Assembly (NCBI GenBank): GCA_020847515.1
Contig: JADLBW010000279.1
Location: 597-64,596, forward strand
Direction of reading: 5' to 3'
Length of the DNA stretch: 64,000 nt
Origin: Pirellulales bacterium
Lineage (GTDB): Bacteria > Planctomycetota > Planctomycetia > Pirellulales > Lacipirellulaceae
Positions 19,783 to 28,881 of the stretch are shown piece by piece. The notes beneath the pieces are model-generated. The model saw only the letters and a program-made list of their open reading frames with translations. It had not been told where the DNA came from and did not search any database. The position numbers and the translations under genes were made by a program. Every line of letters starts with the position of its first letter. The first letter of the stretch is position 1.

Positions 19783-21810
19783 TCAGCCCGGGGGATGGCG
19801 GTGCGCGCACCGGGTCGAGTCCGAACGCTCGCCTTGAGCCGGCCGGCGGGCAATCGAGAGGCTCAGGGCCAGGGCCAACAGCCAAGCCGTTGGTTCTGGA
19901 ACGGCGGCGTTTACCGCGTTCCAGACAGGTTTGGAACCTAACAACTGCTGCCACGCCAGCATGTCGCGGCCGTCGACGAGGCCGTCCGGGACGATGTCGG
20001 CCGAAAGCCCGCTACCGGTCAGGCCGAATTCCGCATGCCATGACTGGAGATCGTCCTGGTCGACCCGCAGATCGCCGTTAAAGTCCCCGGGCAGGGGCTC
20101 GCGCGCGACAAGCAGCGAGTTTGCGGCCACATCGGTAAACTGCTGGACGACGCCGCTGGGCCAGGCGATGGTCACCAGGTCGACGGTTCCCGAATGCTCG
20201 CCCAGGCCGAAGTGTGCGATCATTTCGCTCTGGCTCAGATAGCTGTCGCCGCTGCGCACCTCGCGAACTTGTGCTCGCTCGAGGTGGTCGGCGTCGGGCG
20301 TAACCGTGATGAAGGCGCCGATGCCGTCGCGATTAGAGACCGTACCTTCCGTCTCGATCCGGAGCCAGTTCTGCGAGTTGCCGCCGTCGTTGCGATAGAG
20401 GATTGGCGCGGCGGCGTAATTGGCGAGCAAGACGTCGAGGTCTCCGTCCGCGTCGTAATCGAGGCGGATCAGTCCGCGTCCTTGACCCGTATCGGCAATG
20501 CCGGACGCGACCGTTACATCGGTGAACGTGCCGTCGCCATTGTTGCGCCGCAAGGTCGTATCGTCGATGGTATAGCCCAAATTCGGCCACCCGTTGGTCA
20601 TCGCCAGGTCTTCGTCGCCATCGTTGTCGTAATCGAGAAAGGCAACGCCCCAGCCCCAACTGACCTCGGTGCCCGCACCGGAGTTCCGCGTACCGGATGC
20701 CGTCGTTACGTCGGTGAACGTGCGATCGCCGTTATTGCGATAAAGGCGGTTGCCGGGATTGGCGCCCAGGAAGGTCGTGTCATAAATCGCGGTGATGAAC
20801 CAGTCGAGATCGCCGTCGCCGTCGTAGTCGCCAAGGGTGTTTCCCATGCCCGTCTTGTCGGTGCCGACGCCGGCGGCCAACGTCCCGTCGGTGAACGTTC
20901 CGTCGCCGTCGTTCCAGAACAACTGGCTGGTCCGGTCATCGGACGAAAAGACGACGTCGACCAGCCCGTCCCGATCAAGGTCGGTAAATTGGGGCTGAAA
21001 TCGATACACGGTATTGGGCACGTTCAGCGGGGGCCGATAGACGTCCAACCCGACTGCATGGGTGACGTCCTCAAAGTGTCCGGGATTGGCCGCGCCCAAG
21101 TTGCGCAGCATTCGCGAGCCGTTGTTCGACGTCGGCTTGCTGTGATCGGCTGTCAGAATATCGAGATAGCCGTCGCGGTCATAATCGCCGAAGGCGACGC
21201 CCATGCCGCGCCACAGGGCGGAGCCTTGGCTGGGAATGCTCGCTCCCCGCTCGACGGCCTGCTCCGTGAAGCGCCCGGCGCCGTCGTTTATATAAAGATA
21301 GAAACGGTTATGGGAACTGGCCGTGACGTACAAATCGAGATCGCCGTCGTTGTCGATATCGCCCGAGGCCACCCCGCTGGATCGCAGCGATTCAGTGAAC
21401 CCCGACGCCGCGGAAACGTCTTCAAACGCCCCGCCGGCGTTCCGGTAGAGTAAGTTCGGGCCGTCGATGCGCGTAAAGAACAGGTCGACGAGGCCGTCGC
21501 CGTCGAAGTCGCCTGCGGCGACGCCGCCGGTCATGGGCTCCACGCCCGAGGTCGTAGCCTGCCGGTGCGTGATGCCGACCGCGGCCGTGACATTGGCGAA
21601 CGTCGGGGCGGATTGCGCCGGCGCCGCACACGATGCCAGCAGGGCGGCAAGCGCCGCCGTTACAGCCGCGTAAGGCACAGCCTTCGTCGAACGCACGCTT
21701 ATTCGGCAGCTCGGCGTGCCAGCCGCGGATTTATCAGTGCGGCGATTCAGCCGCAGCACGGTCGGCGGGAACGCCCCAACAGGCGCCGGCTGCTGGTTTG
21801 GATGCGGCAT
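19783..21810 (-). CDS. CRTAC1-family FG-GAP/VCBS repeat protein with ASPIC/UnbV domain, dockerin-like repeats and PEP-CTERM tail
   Basis: Repeated GDFDGDGLVDL/GDIDNDGDLDL/DYDNDGDEDL loops, SWGWG, NRDGIGA, SYLSQS..AHFGLG, WPSG, then GDFNGDLRVD and VPEP-TM-RR. Start uncertain. Confidence 0.88.
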   Translation of the reverse strand: MPHPNQQPAPVGAFPPTVLRLNRRTDKSAAGTPSCRISVRSTKAVPYAAVTAALAALLASCAAPAQSAPTFANVTAAVGITHRQATTSGVEPMTGGVAAGDFDGDGLVDLFFTRIDGPNLLYRNAGGAFEDVSAASGFTESLRSSGVASGDIDNDGDLDLYVTASSHNRFYLYINDGAGRFTEQAVERGASIPSQGSALWRGMGVAFGDYDRDGYLDILTADHSKPTSNNGSRMLRNLGAANPGHFEDVTHAVGLDVYRPPLNVPNTVYRFQPQFTDLDRDGLVDVVFSSDDRTSQLFWNDGDGTFTDGTLAAGVGTDKTGMGNTLGDYDGDGDLDWFITAIYDTTFLGANPGNRLYRNNGDRTFTDVTTASGTRNSGAGTEVSWGWGVAFLDYDNDGDEDLAMTNGWPNLGYTIDDTTLRRNNGDGTFTDVTVASGIADTGQGRGLIRLDYDADGDLDVLLANYAAAPILYRNDGGNSQNWLRIETEGTVSNRDGIGAFITVTPDADHLERAQVREVRSGDSYLSQSEMIAHFGLGEHSGTVDLVTIAWPSGVVQQFTDVAANSLLVAREPLPGDFNGDLRVDQDDLQSWHAEFGLTGSGLSADIVPDGLVDGRDMLAWQQLLGSKPVWNAVNAAVPEPTAWLLALALSLSIARRPAQGERSDSTRCAHRHPPG

Positions 21811-21822
21811 GGGTCAGGCCGT

Positions 21823-23823
21823 TCAGCACGATTTGACTCTACGGCGCAATCCGGTCGCCATCGTGGAAGCGACGCCAATCAGAACCAAAGCGCCGCTCGC
21901 CGGCTCGGGAGTCGCCGTCCCCTCGAAGAAGCGCGAAGCCAGGTTCCACGCGGCCGGTCCGATCTCATGGCCCGCGAGGCGTCCGGGGACGTCATCGCTG
22001 GGAGGATGAATGCCGCCCCAAATTCTGGACAGGGCCGCCTGATCCGCCGCGTCGAAATAGGTCGCCCATTGCAGATCGAGGGGCGTCGTAGGCCCATACT
22101 CGAAATTGAGCCCTCCGCCCATCTCGATGTGATAACCGCCCAACCCGCCAGGAAAATAGGGCGTGCCCGTCAGCAAGGTCATGACCTCGGCGGCCGTACG
22201 GCTGAACGTCGAATGGCCCGAGACGCGGCCCGGGAAGGGCGGCGTCACGAAGCTGCTGAGCTGATAGGGCATCCAGTTTTCCGCCAGGATCCAATCGACC
22301 CCGCCGATTTCGGAGGGGTCGTCGAACGGCGCTACGCCGTCGACCGCGCCCCGCCAGGAACGCACGGCGATCTTTCCTTCATTGCCCGCCAGGCGAGCGT
22401 GGCGCTGGCCAGGCGCAGTCGTCTCGGCGGTGATGACTTCGATTAGCCCCGGTTCCAGCGGCAGACCGTTCGGATCGTACGATGGCCCGTCGGGATCGCT
22501 CGATTGGCCTGATTGGCCCATGAAGCGGATAAACGATATCGGGCGCACGCTGTCGTACACGCCCTTATGGTTCCACGCGACGATGGCAGCGTCATGCAGG
22601 CCGCCATTGAGAGCGAACATGCCCTTGACGTCCCATTCCAAGTCGTCGACGACCGGACCGGCGCCGCCGATTCGCTTGGGAATCCCCAAAACGGTCATCT
22701 GATCGCTGACATCGTTGCGGATTTCGTTCCAGTGCCCTGGCGGCGCCGTCGAGTGGGGGCCGTCCGCCCAGAATTCCGCCATGACGCGCGCGAAATCCGC
22801 CTGCTTTACTAATTGGGGAGCGTAGGGCAGGTTGGTCTCGGGGTTCGTCGTATAGCCAACTTGCTCATAGCTGCCAAGCTGGCTGTTACCGCGGCTTGCC
22901 GGCGAAATGTCGATCATGACGCCGTCATTGGGATCAAGCTGGGACGAATAGCGAATCATCGCCACGGCGTCTTGCTTGAACGTCGCATCGCCTGGACCGC
23001 CGAGCTGGGGCGGCGGTCCCTGATCGTGGTATACGCCACTGGCGCCGCGATCGGCGTCCGCCATCGCAAACGGCGTTACCTCGCCCCAGAACGGCGTAAG
23101 ATTCTTCTGCGTAGCCTCGTTGATCGGCCTGCCAAATTGATCGATGCGATTGCCTAAGAAGTGCAGCGGCTGCCACCGGTTGAAGTCGTTCATTACCGTG
23201 CCGGGATTCTCAAACGTCAACGGCGGGTTGACCGGCGCGAACGTTCCCGGCTGACTGGCATAGTTGCCCGATTCATTGGCGCCGTCCTGCAGGCCGTGGT
23301 CGATTAAGGCTTGGGCGATGCGATTGCCAAGCGCCGCCGGAGAGTTGCCGATAGTCGAAGTAAAGTCGGGATCGTAACCTAACTCAGTCATCTGCGTGCG
23401 GAGATTCAGCTCCGTATCGCTTCGACCCGGTCCGACCCCCGCTGGACCCGTGACGAATCGATACAAAATCATGTTGTAAGCGGCATAGCTGATGGCTTTG
23501 TTCCGCGCGGCGACGACGTCGGCTTCATCCAGATGCTTTTCGTGAAAGACGTATTGATCAGCCGTTGAATCGTACGCTGCCCAGGCGTCGTACATGGCGG
23601 CGGAAAGGTAGAACAGATTCCGCGCATGGACCGTCGGTCGCGCGGTATCGATGCTGATGGCGTGCAGCAAATGCTCGTTCCAAAGGCGGGCCGTCGTCAT
23701 CTGGGCGTCGACCTGGCGAGCGGCGCTCGTCATAGCCAAGACCAAGAGCGCCCCTGGGAGCCACTGGGCCCGAGGCCGGATCGATCGAACAATCATCCGC
23801 GTCATCAAGCTCTCACTTTTCAT
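21823..23823 (-). CDS. Vanadium-dependent haloperoxidase / PAP2-superfamily enzyme, secreted, with PEP-CTERM-like anchor
   Basis: All three active-site motifs present: K-X6-RP (KGVYDSVRP), SGH (PPFPGRVSGHS), SR-X5-H-X3-D (SRIWGGIHPPSD). N-domain ARLWNE..RPTVHARNL, AMYDAWAAY, EFWADGP. C-terminal TPEP-TM-RRR. Confidence 0.85.
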   Translation of the reverse strand: MKSESLMTRMIVRSIRPRAQWLPGALLVLAMTSAARQVDAQMTTARLWNEHLLHAISIDTARPTVHARNLFYLSAAMYDAWAAYDSTADQYVFHEKHLDEADVVAARNKAISYAAYNMILYRFVTGPAGVGPGRSDTELNLRTQMTELGYDPDFTSTIGNSPAALGNRIAQALIDHGLQDGANESGNYASQPGTFAPVNPPLTFENPGTVMNDFNRWQPLHFLGNRIDQFGRPINEATQKNLTPFWGEVTPFAMADADRGASGVYHDQGPPPQLGGPGDATFKQDAVAMIRYSSQLDPNDGVMIDISPASRGNSQLGSYEQVGYTTNPETNLPYAPQLVKQADFARVMAEFWADGPHSTAPPGHWNEIRNDVSDQMTVLGIPKRIGGAGPVVDDLEWDVKGMFALNGGLHDAAIVAWNHKGVYDSVRPISFIRFMGQSGQSSDPDGPSYDPNGLPLEPGLIEVITAETTAPGQRHARLAGNEGKIAVRSWRGAVDGVAPFDDPSEIGGVDWILAENWMPYQLSSFVTPPFPGRVSGHSTFSRTAAEVMTLLTGTPYFPGGLGGYHIEMGGGLNFEYGPTTPLDLQWATYFDAADQAALSRIWGGIHPPSDDVPGRLAGHEIGPAAWNLASRFFEGTATPEPASGALVLIGVASTMATGLRRRVKSC

Positions 23824-24076
23824 ACGAATTCAACCCAGGGTGTACCGTCAAGATGCCATTGCACGAGATGCCGCCGCCATGCGTCAAACGCCAATTATGA
23901 ACCAGCCCAGGCTAGCGAGCTACGAAAAAGTCGCCCGCACGACGCGAAAGATTTGCTGAGCCAGGGGAAAACGGGGGCCAACGCCGCCGCATCAGGCTGC
24001 AGTCGGCCGGTCAACGACTGCAACTTTGGACGGAAGCTATCCGTTCGGTCCGTTGATTCCCTGGCCCGCTAACGGG

Positions 24077-24529
24077 TTATCGACCCGACTTCTTAGCGGG
24101 AGGCTCGACTTCAAAGACCAAATCGCTGACGTCGTCTTCGATATTCACGTGATAGGGCGTCGTCGTGGGGCTGCTGTACTTGCCGTCCAGCAACGAGACC
24201 GAGTTCATCACTCCTTCCCACACAGAAAAAGTCACGTCGTATTTGCCGACATGTACTCCGTCGCCCGGCTTGCGGGTGAACGCCACAAAGGTGCCGTCGT
24301 CTCGGATTTCGCCGGTGGCGGCCTTGCGAATTTTCGCCGGGCTATCCTGGGCCGGCACGAACTGTACGACGCGAACGCCGGCTTGCGGAACCGAACCGTC
24401 CTTGAACGTCACCGTGCCGCTTACCTGCACAGCGTCGGGCCGACCGCTGCACCCGGAAAGCGCCGTCGCCACCGCCAGTGCGAGGACGCAACGAACTAGA
24501 CGGCTGCGGCATGTCTCGCGGCGGGTCAT
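24077..24529 (-). CDS. Lipoprotein partner of the DUF1559 gene (carboxypeptidase-regulatory-like beta fold)
   Basis: Lipobox ALSGC, VSGTVTFKDG, ATGEIRDDGTF, GVHVGKYDVT, KYSSPTTTP. Typical position downstream of a DUF1559 gene. Confidence 0.8.
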   Translation of the reverse strand: MTRRETCRSRLVRCVLALAVATALSGCSGRPDAVQVSGTVTFKDGSVPQAGVRVVQFVPAQDSPAKIRKAATGEIRDDGTFVAFTRKPGDGVHVGKYDVTFSVWEGVMNSVSLLDGKYSSPTTTPYHVNIEDDVSDLVFEVEPPAKKSGR

Positions 24530-24640
24530 AGGTCCTAGTGAACTCCCCAGGTACTCTGTCGCCAATGAAGATGCACTCGGCTTGGTCAACGGTCTTTGCA
24601 CTCAACCGGGCGCGTCAGGACAGGAAAAGGAAAAGCTGCG

Positions 24641-25816
24641 TTACGGAAGGGTCGCTTCCGCGTCGGCGCTGCCAATCATATAGTCCCACGCCGTGCCCCA
24701 GCGGCCGTAACTGCCGCTGGTCTCGACGTCGTCGCTGACGAAGTTGACGCTGCCGTCGCACATGGCCAGAAAGGCGCCCCCCTGGTGAGAACTGCGCACA
24801 GTCGCTTGATCGGCGGCGCCCCCGGTAAAGCAATCCATGCATTCCGATTGAGCGAGGTCAGTTCCGCAAATGTCGCTATAGACGTCGTCGGCTGAACTGA
24901 AGCAGGCATTGGGCCCGTTGTCGTCGCCGCCGGATCCGTAGATGGCCAGCAAGCTGGCCCCGGCGTGACCCATCGCCCACACGCCGCGCGAATCCTTATC
25001 GGTAAGTCCGGCCCGAACTTCGCCCGCCATGATCGTCTTGCTGGTGCCGTCGGTAATCTCCTGAATGCGAACGGCGATGTTCGGTCCCATCACGCCGCGC
25101 CGGTAATCGCTCAGCCACCCGTCATCGTCCGGCAGCACGCCGTTGGCTTCCGGACCCGCGGTACACGCGGAAATCGTCTCGCCCGGCCGCGCCGAGCATC
25201 CTCCGCCGCCAATAAAATTACCGCCGGAATTCGCGGCGTAATTGCCCCGCGCCCAGCCTTCGCCATGAAAGGCAATCCTGCCGTCGTATTTGACCTGGTT
25301 ATAGGCGTCGCTAGGGCAAAGCAACACCGATATGGACGTGCCTCGCGCCTGCCGATTACGCGTATCCGCTGCCGAGACGCCGGCGCCGTCATTGTTGATC
25401 GGCAGCTTAAGGTTGAACAGCGCGTAGGTCGACTGCTGCTCCAGATAGGGCAGGAGGTAGATAATCCAGTTCGGGCCGTACTCCTTCAACTGGTTGTGAA
25501 CCTTCGTGCGATAAGTTGCTGCATCGAAGCTCATGCCGACTGGAAAAATCTTCTTAGCGCTTTCGTAGTTCAACGCCGCCAGGGCGACGTTCTTGATATT
25601 GCTCTGGCACTGCGCGCGGCGCGCCGCTTCTCGAGCAGCCTGGACAGCGGGCAGCAGCAGAGCGACCAACACGCCAATAATGGCGATCACCACCAATAAC
25701 TCAACCAGGGTGAAGCCCTGGGGGCCGGCGGCCCCCAGACGCAATCGCCTCATCGAGGCGCGGGTCCAAGTCGTCATAACTAACCTGTTACACTTCGTCC
25801 GTACGTTCCAGGTCAT
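24641..25816 (-). CDS. DUF1559 (SBP_bac_10) prepilin-type N-methylation domain protein with H-X9-DG motif
   Basis: GFTLVELLVVIAIIGVLVALLLPAVQAAREAARRAQCQSN, LLCPSD, ITDGTSKT, HQGGAFLAMCDGSV. Start 25816 has a GGAGG RBS; 25777 and 25753 are alternatives. Confidence 0.93.
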   Translation of the reverse strand: MTWNVRTKCNRLVMTTWTRASMRRLRLGAAGPQGFTLVELLVVIAIIGVLVALLLPAVQAAREAARRAQCQSNIKNVALAALNYESAKKIFPVGMSFDAATYRTKVHNQLKEYGPNWIIYLLPYLEQQSTYALFNLKLPINNDGAGVSAADTRNRQARGTSISVLLCPSDAYNQVKYDGRIAFHGEGWARGNYAANSGGNFIGGGGCSARPGETISACTAGPEANGVLPDDDGWLSDYRRGVMGPNIAVRIQEITDGTSKTIMAGEVRAGLTDKDSRGVWAMGHAGASLLAIYGSGGDDNGPNACFSSADDVYSDICGTDLAQSECMDCFTGGAADQATVRSSHQGGAFLAMCDGSVNFVSDDVETSGSYGRWGTAWDYMIGSADAEATLP

Positions 25817-26159
25817 GCTGCGACGGCCTCCGCCGATCAGCGCACTGTCAGCCGCTGCCGCCGCGTACTTATTATTAAGCAGGGCCGAATTGTGTTTTCC
25901 AGGTAATTGTTCTGCGGGAGGCTCGCTGGCGCCCGATAACATTCGCGATAGCCAGTCGCATTCGACACTTGCGCGAATACGCCCTGAAGGCGCCTGCCAA
26001 CAGCGTTTTTGCACAATGAAAAACCGACCCGCCTATTGAAGCTGGCGTCACGCCGGCGCTGCCCCGCAAAGGGGGCGGCGCTGCGATCTTAGCGTCGAAC
26101 CCCGCCAGCGTTCTTCTGGCGACGATGGCCTCCGGCGCCCGAGATCCGCTAAGCGATGA

Positions 26160-27242
26160 TCACGTCGCCCGCCGAGCGACGTGCAGGCTGAGCAGGCCCG
26201 CCAGGGCCAGCAGCGCCATCGTCGGTTCGGGAACTGCGCTAATCGCAACCTGCGCAGCGGGGCCTCCGAAGCTGTCTCTCCAAACGTCGAGATCCTCCCC
26301 GTCAATCACGCCGTTGCCGGTGGCGTCGCCCTGCTCGAAGGAGCTTCCAGAACCGGCGCCGCGCTGCCAAATGAGGAAATCGGCTCCATCGACGGCGCCG
26401 TCGTCATTGAAATCAGCGCTGGGACTCCCGCCCACGGTTACGGAGAAATCTTTGAAGATCACGCCGTCGTCGCCGCCAAAGTAGATCTTCGAAGGATTGG
26501 TGGGGAATCCGATCGTTACAAAACCGCCGTCGTCATAGAGGGTTGTCAAATTATACGTGGGGGTGGATACGTCGGCGACAAAGGGTCCGCCAGCGTAGTC
26601 GATGTCGACCGAACCGGTCCAGGTCTTGGCTTCGGCGTCGAGCGTCATTCGTAAGCGATGCGTGCCGGCGCTCTCGCCCACGAGCCCGGGGGCCTCGGCG
26701 TCTGACCAATTTTCCGTGGCTTCGCCGGCCGGATTGATCCAGTCTCCGCTAATGCCGTCAGCGCCGTTGGCTTTGAGCAGGCCGTTCTCCGGCGTCAGGA
26801 AAATAGTGGGGCGGCCGGCAAAATCGGGCGTCCCCCACAGGTCGATTATGCCGCTACCCATGCCGAAAAAGACTACGTCAGTCGCCAGAGTATCAACGAC
26901 GGCGGTCACTTCGGCGACATAGCTGTCAAAGGCGTAGTTGTCGACGGTCCGCAAGTAATTCCGACCGCCGTCGCCTGCGAACAGGGTTCCAAAGCTCGCC
27001 CCCGCGACGTCGAATACAACCGTTGGATCGGTCGAGAAATCTTCCGCCAGGCCGGCCGTACTGGAGGCCTCAAAACCGGCGGCCGCCAGTGCTTCCTGCG
27101 TTGCCTGAAGCGTTGAGTTGCCGCTGAAGCCTGTCAGCGAGTTGGAAAACGAATTCGCCGCCAGCGATCTATCGGCGGAGACAGCCATGCTGAGGGTCGC
27201 CAAGACCAAGCCGACGATAATGCTATTGCCGTTAAGTTTCAT
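26160..27242 (-). CDS. Secreted PEP-CTERM protein with unnamed beta-rich domain and dockerin-like repeats (paralog A)
   Basis: Signal peptide MKLNGNSIIVGLVLATLSMAVSA. ADFNDDGAVDGADFLIWQ and GDATGNGVIDGEDL loops. VPEP-TM-RR tail. Confidence 0.85.
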   Translation of the reverse strand: MKLNGNSIIVGLVLATLSMAVSADRSLAANSFSNSLTGFSGNSTLQATQEALAAAGFEASSTAGLAEDFSTDPTVVFDVAGASFGTLFAGDGGRNYLRTVDNYAFDSYVAEVTAVVDTLATDVVFFGMGSGIIDLWGTPDFAGRPTIFLTPENGLLKANGADGISGDWINPAGEATENWSDAEAPGLVGESAGTHRLRMTLDAEAKTWTGSVDIDYAGGPFVADVSTPTYNLTTLYDDGGFVTIGFPTNPSKIYFGGDDGVIFKDFSVTVGGSPSADFNDDGAVDGADFLIWQRGAGSGSSFEQGDATGNGVIDGEDLDVWRDSFGGPAAQVAISAVPEPTMALLALAGLLSLHVARRAT

Positions 27243-27397
27243 GCTGTTCAATACCTTGAATAGACGAGACGACCGCAACCGTCGAATTGCTGTGCGTCGG
27301 CGGGGCGCAGTACCACTGGTTTCATAAAAGGCGCGTCGGAATATCGAACTGACGAAGAGATTTCGGTATTCGGCCACGGCAATGCCGCGCGACCTCC

Positions 27398-28231
27398 TCA
27401 ACTTCGCGCCCGCCGCCGTGCGGCTGCAATCGCCGCAGCACCGATCAACAACATGGCCGCCGCTGCCGGCTCAGGCACGACTCTTACAGAAATATCACGC
27501 AGAATGGCTCCGTCATCGCCTCCAAAGAATATGCTCGCAGGCTCCGACGGCCAGCCGTCCGCTGCGAACAACGAGGAGGTCACGATCGGAAAGTTGCTGC
27601 CGACGGGGTCCGCAACGAACGGGCCGCCGGCGTAATTCAGGTCGATTTCTCCCAAAAGTTGGCGGTTGGCGGCATTAAATGTCATGCGAAAGCGATGAAC
27701 GCCCGGTGCAAACCCAGCTACCGTCGTGTCGCTGAACGAATTAATGTCGTTGGCCGTGCGGAATCGCGTAAACTTATCATTGCCGGTTTCCGGCCAGAAC
27801 GAGGCGGACGAAAACAGGGTGCTCCAGTCCGGCGTGCCGAATAACGCCCGCTCCCCAGCGCCCAAACCGAAGAACACCGCCTGCGAATCCCCAACGACGG
27901 AGGTCGTGTCGTCCGCAGGATCGTTCGGCGTGCCGTTGTCGTCAACTACCGTCGCCGACGACAACTCGAACGTAATCTCCGCCACGAAGCTCACGTTGGC
28001 ATAATCGAGACTGGTTGTTCGCAGATAGGTCCGACCATCGTCGCCTGCCAACCCCGTGCCGAAATGGGCGCCCGCAGCGTCAAAGACGACCGGGTCATTT
28101 CCCGAGACGGTGAAGTTGCCGCCATTGAACGATGTCAGCGGATCAGATAAGGACGTCGCGGCCTGGGCGCCAGTGACGCCGCACAAACCGCACACGCACG
28201 CCAGCGCCACCCCGGCAAGTCTGCAACTCAT
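27398..28231 (-). CDS. Secreted PEP-CTERM protein with unnamed beta-rich domain (paralog B)
   Basis: Signal peptide ending AQA. VPEPAAAAMLLIGAAAIAAARRRARS tail. AGGGAG RBS. Colinear motifs shared with 26160-27242. Confidence 0.85.
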   Translation of the reverse strand: MSCRLAGVALACVCGLCGVTGAQAATSLSDPLTSFNGGNFTVSGNDPVVFDAAGAHFGTGLAGDDGRTYLRTTSLDYANVSFVAEITFELSSATVVDDNGTPNDPADDTTSVVGDSQAVFFGLGAGERALFGTPDWSTLFSSASFWPETGNDKFTRFRTANDINSFSDTTVAGFAPGVHRFRMTFNAANRQLLGEIDLNYAGGPFVADPVGSNFPIVTSSLFAADGWPSEPASIFFGGDDGAILRDISVRVVPEPAAAAMLLIGAAAIAAARRRARS

Positions 28232-28881
28232 TAGTCAACTCCCTGGAATTTTAGAAAAGGGTCGCAGCTTCCGTCGCCGAATTCGTAAGCCTACGCATTG
28301 TAAACTTACGGGACCTCCTGCGGTGCACGTCGAGCTACTGAGACGTCGCTCTGCGAGAACGCCGCCTGGTACTGCAATCTGCTTGGTCGATTCTCCTCGG
28401 CTGGAAACCGAGCCTAAGCTCTCGATAAGTCAGTCAGAACAACTGCCAACGCCCTGAATTCTCGCCAGCTTGACAGGCGTCTGGCTGCGAAAAGACGCTC
28501 ACATTGGCACGAGTTGTACCTTGGTTCCCCGAAGTCTGCCTCAACCACCTCGAAAAAGCAAGCTTCGCGTTACACCAGTCGATGGCTCGCTAAGCAGATA
28601 CGCTTCGACAGGAGGATATGACCTGGAAACTTTCGCAAAAGCATCCCGGCAGCGGTAACCGCCAACCGCGCAAGAGCTAAAGGACCGCTCATAGTAAGGG
28701 CGCGCCGGCGATTCGTTAGCCCCGCCCGCACCCAATAGACCAGGTCGCCGTCCAGGCGCAACCGTCGCCGCGGTGCGGGAACCGCGGACTGGCATGGCAC
28801 GAACCCGTTTCCGCGCATGAACTTGCGGCGAATTCTCCATCTGTCAGGCGATGACCTGCCCAGCGCCGGCGGCGCTTTAGT

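Noticed and set aside
28232-28881. 650-bp intergenic region, and 60614-61071, examined for riboswitches or tRNA
   Set aside because: No cloverleaf, T-loop or c-di-GMP-I consensus could be assembled by eye. An Infernal scan is needed to exclude other RNAs.
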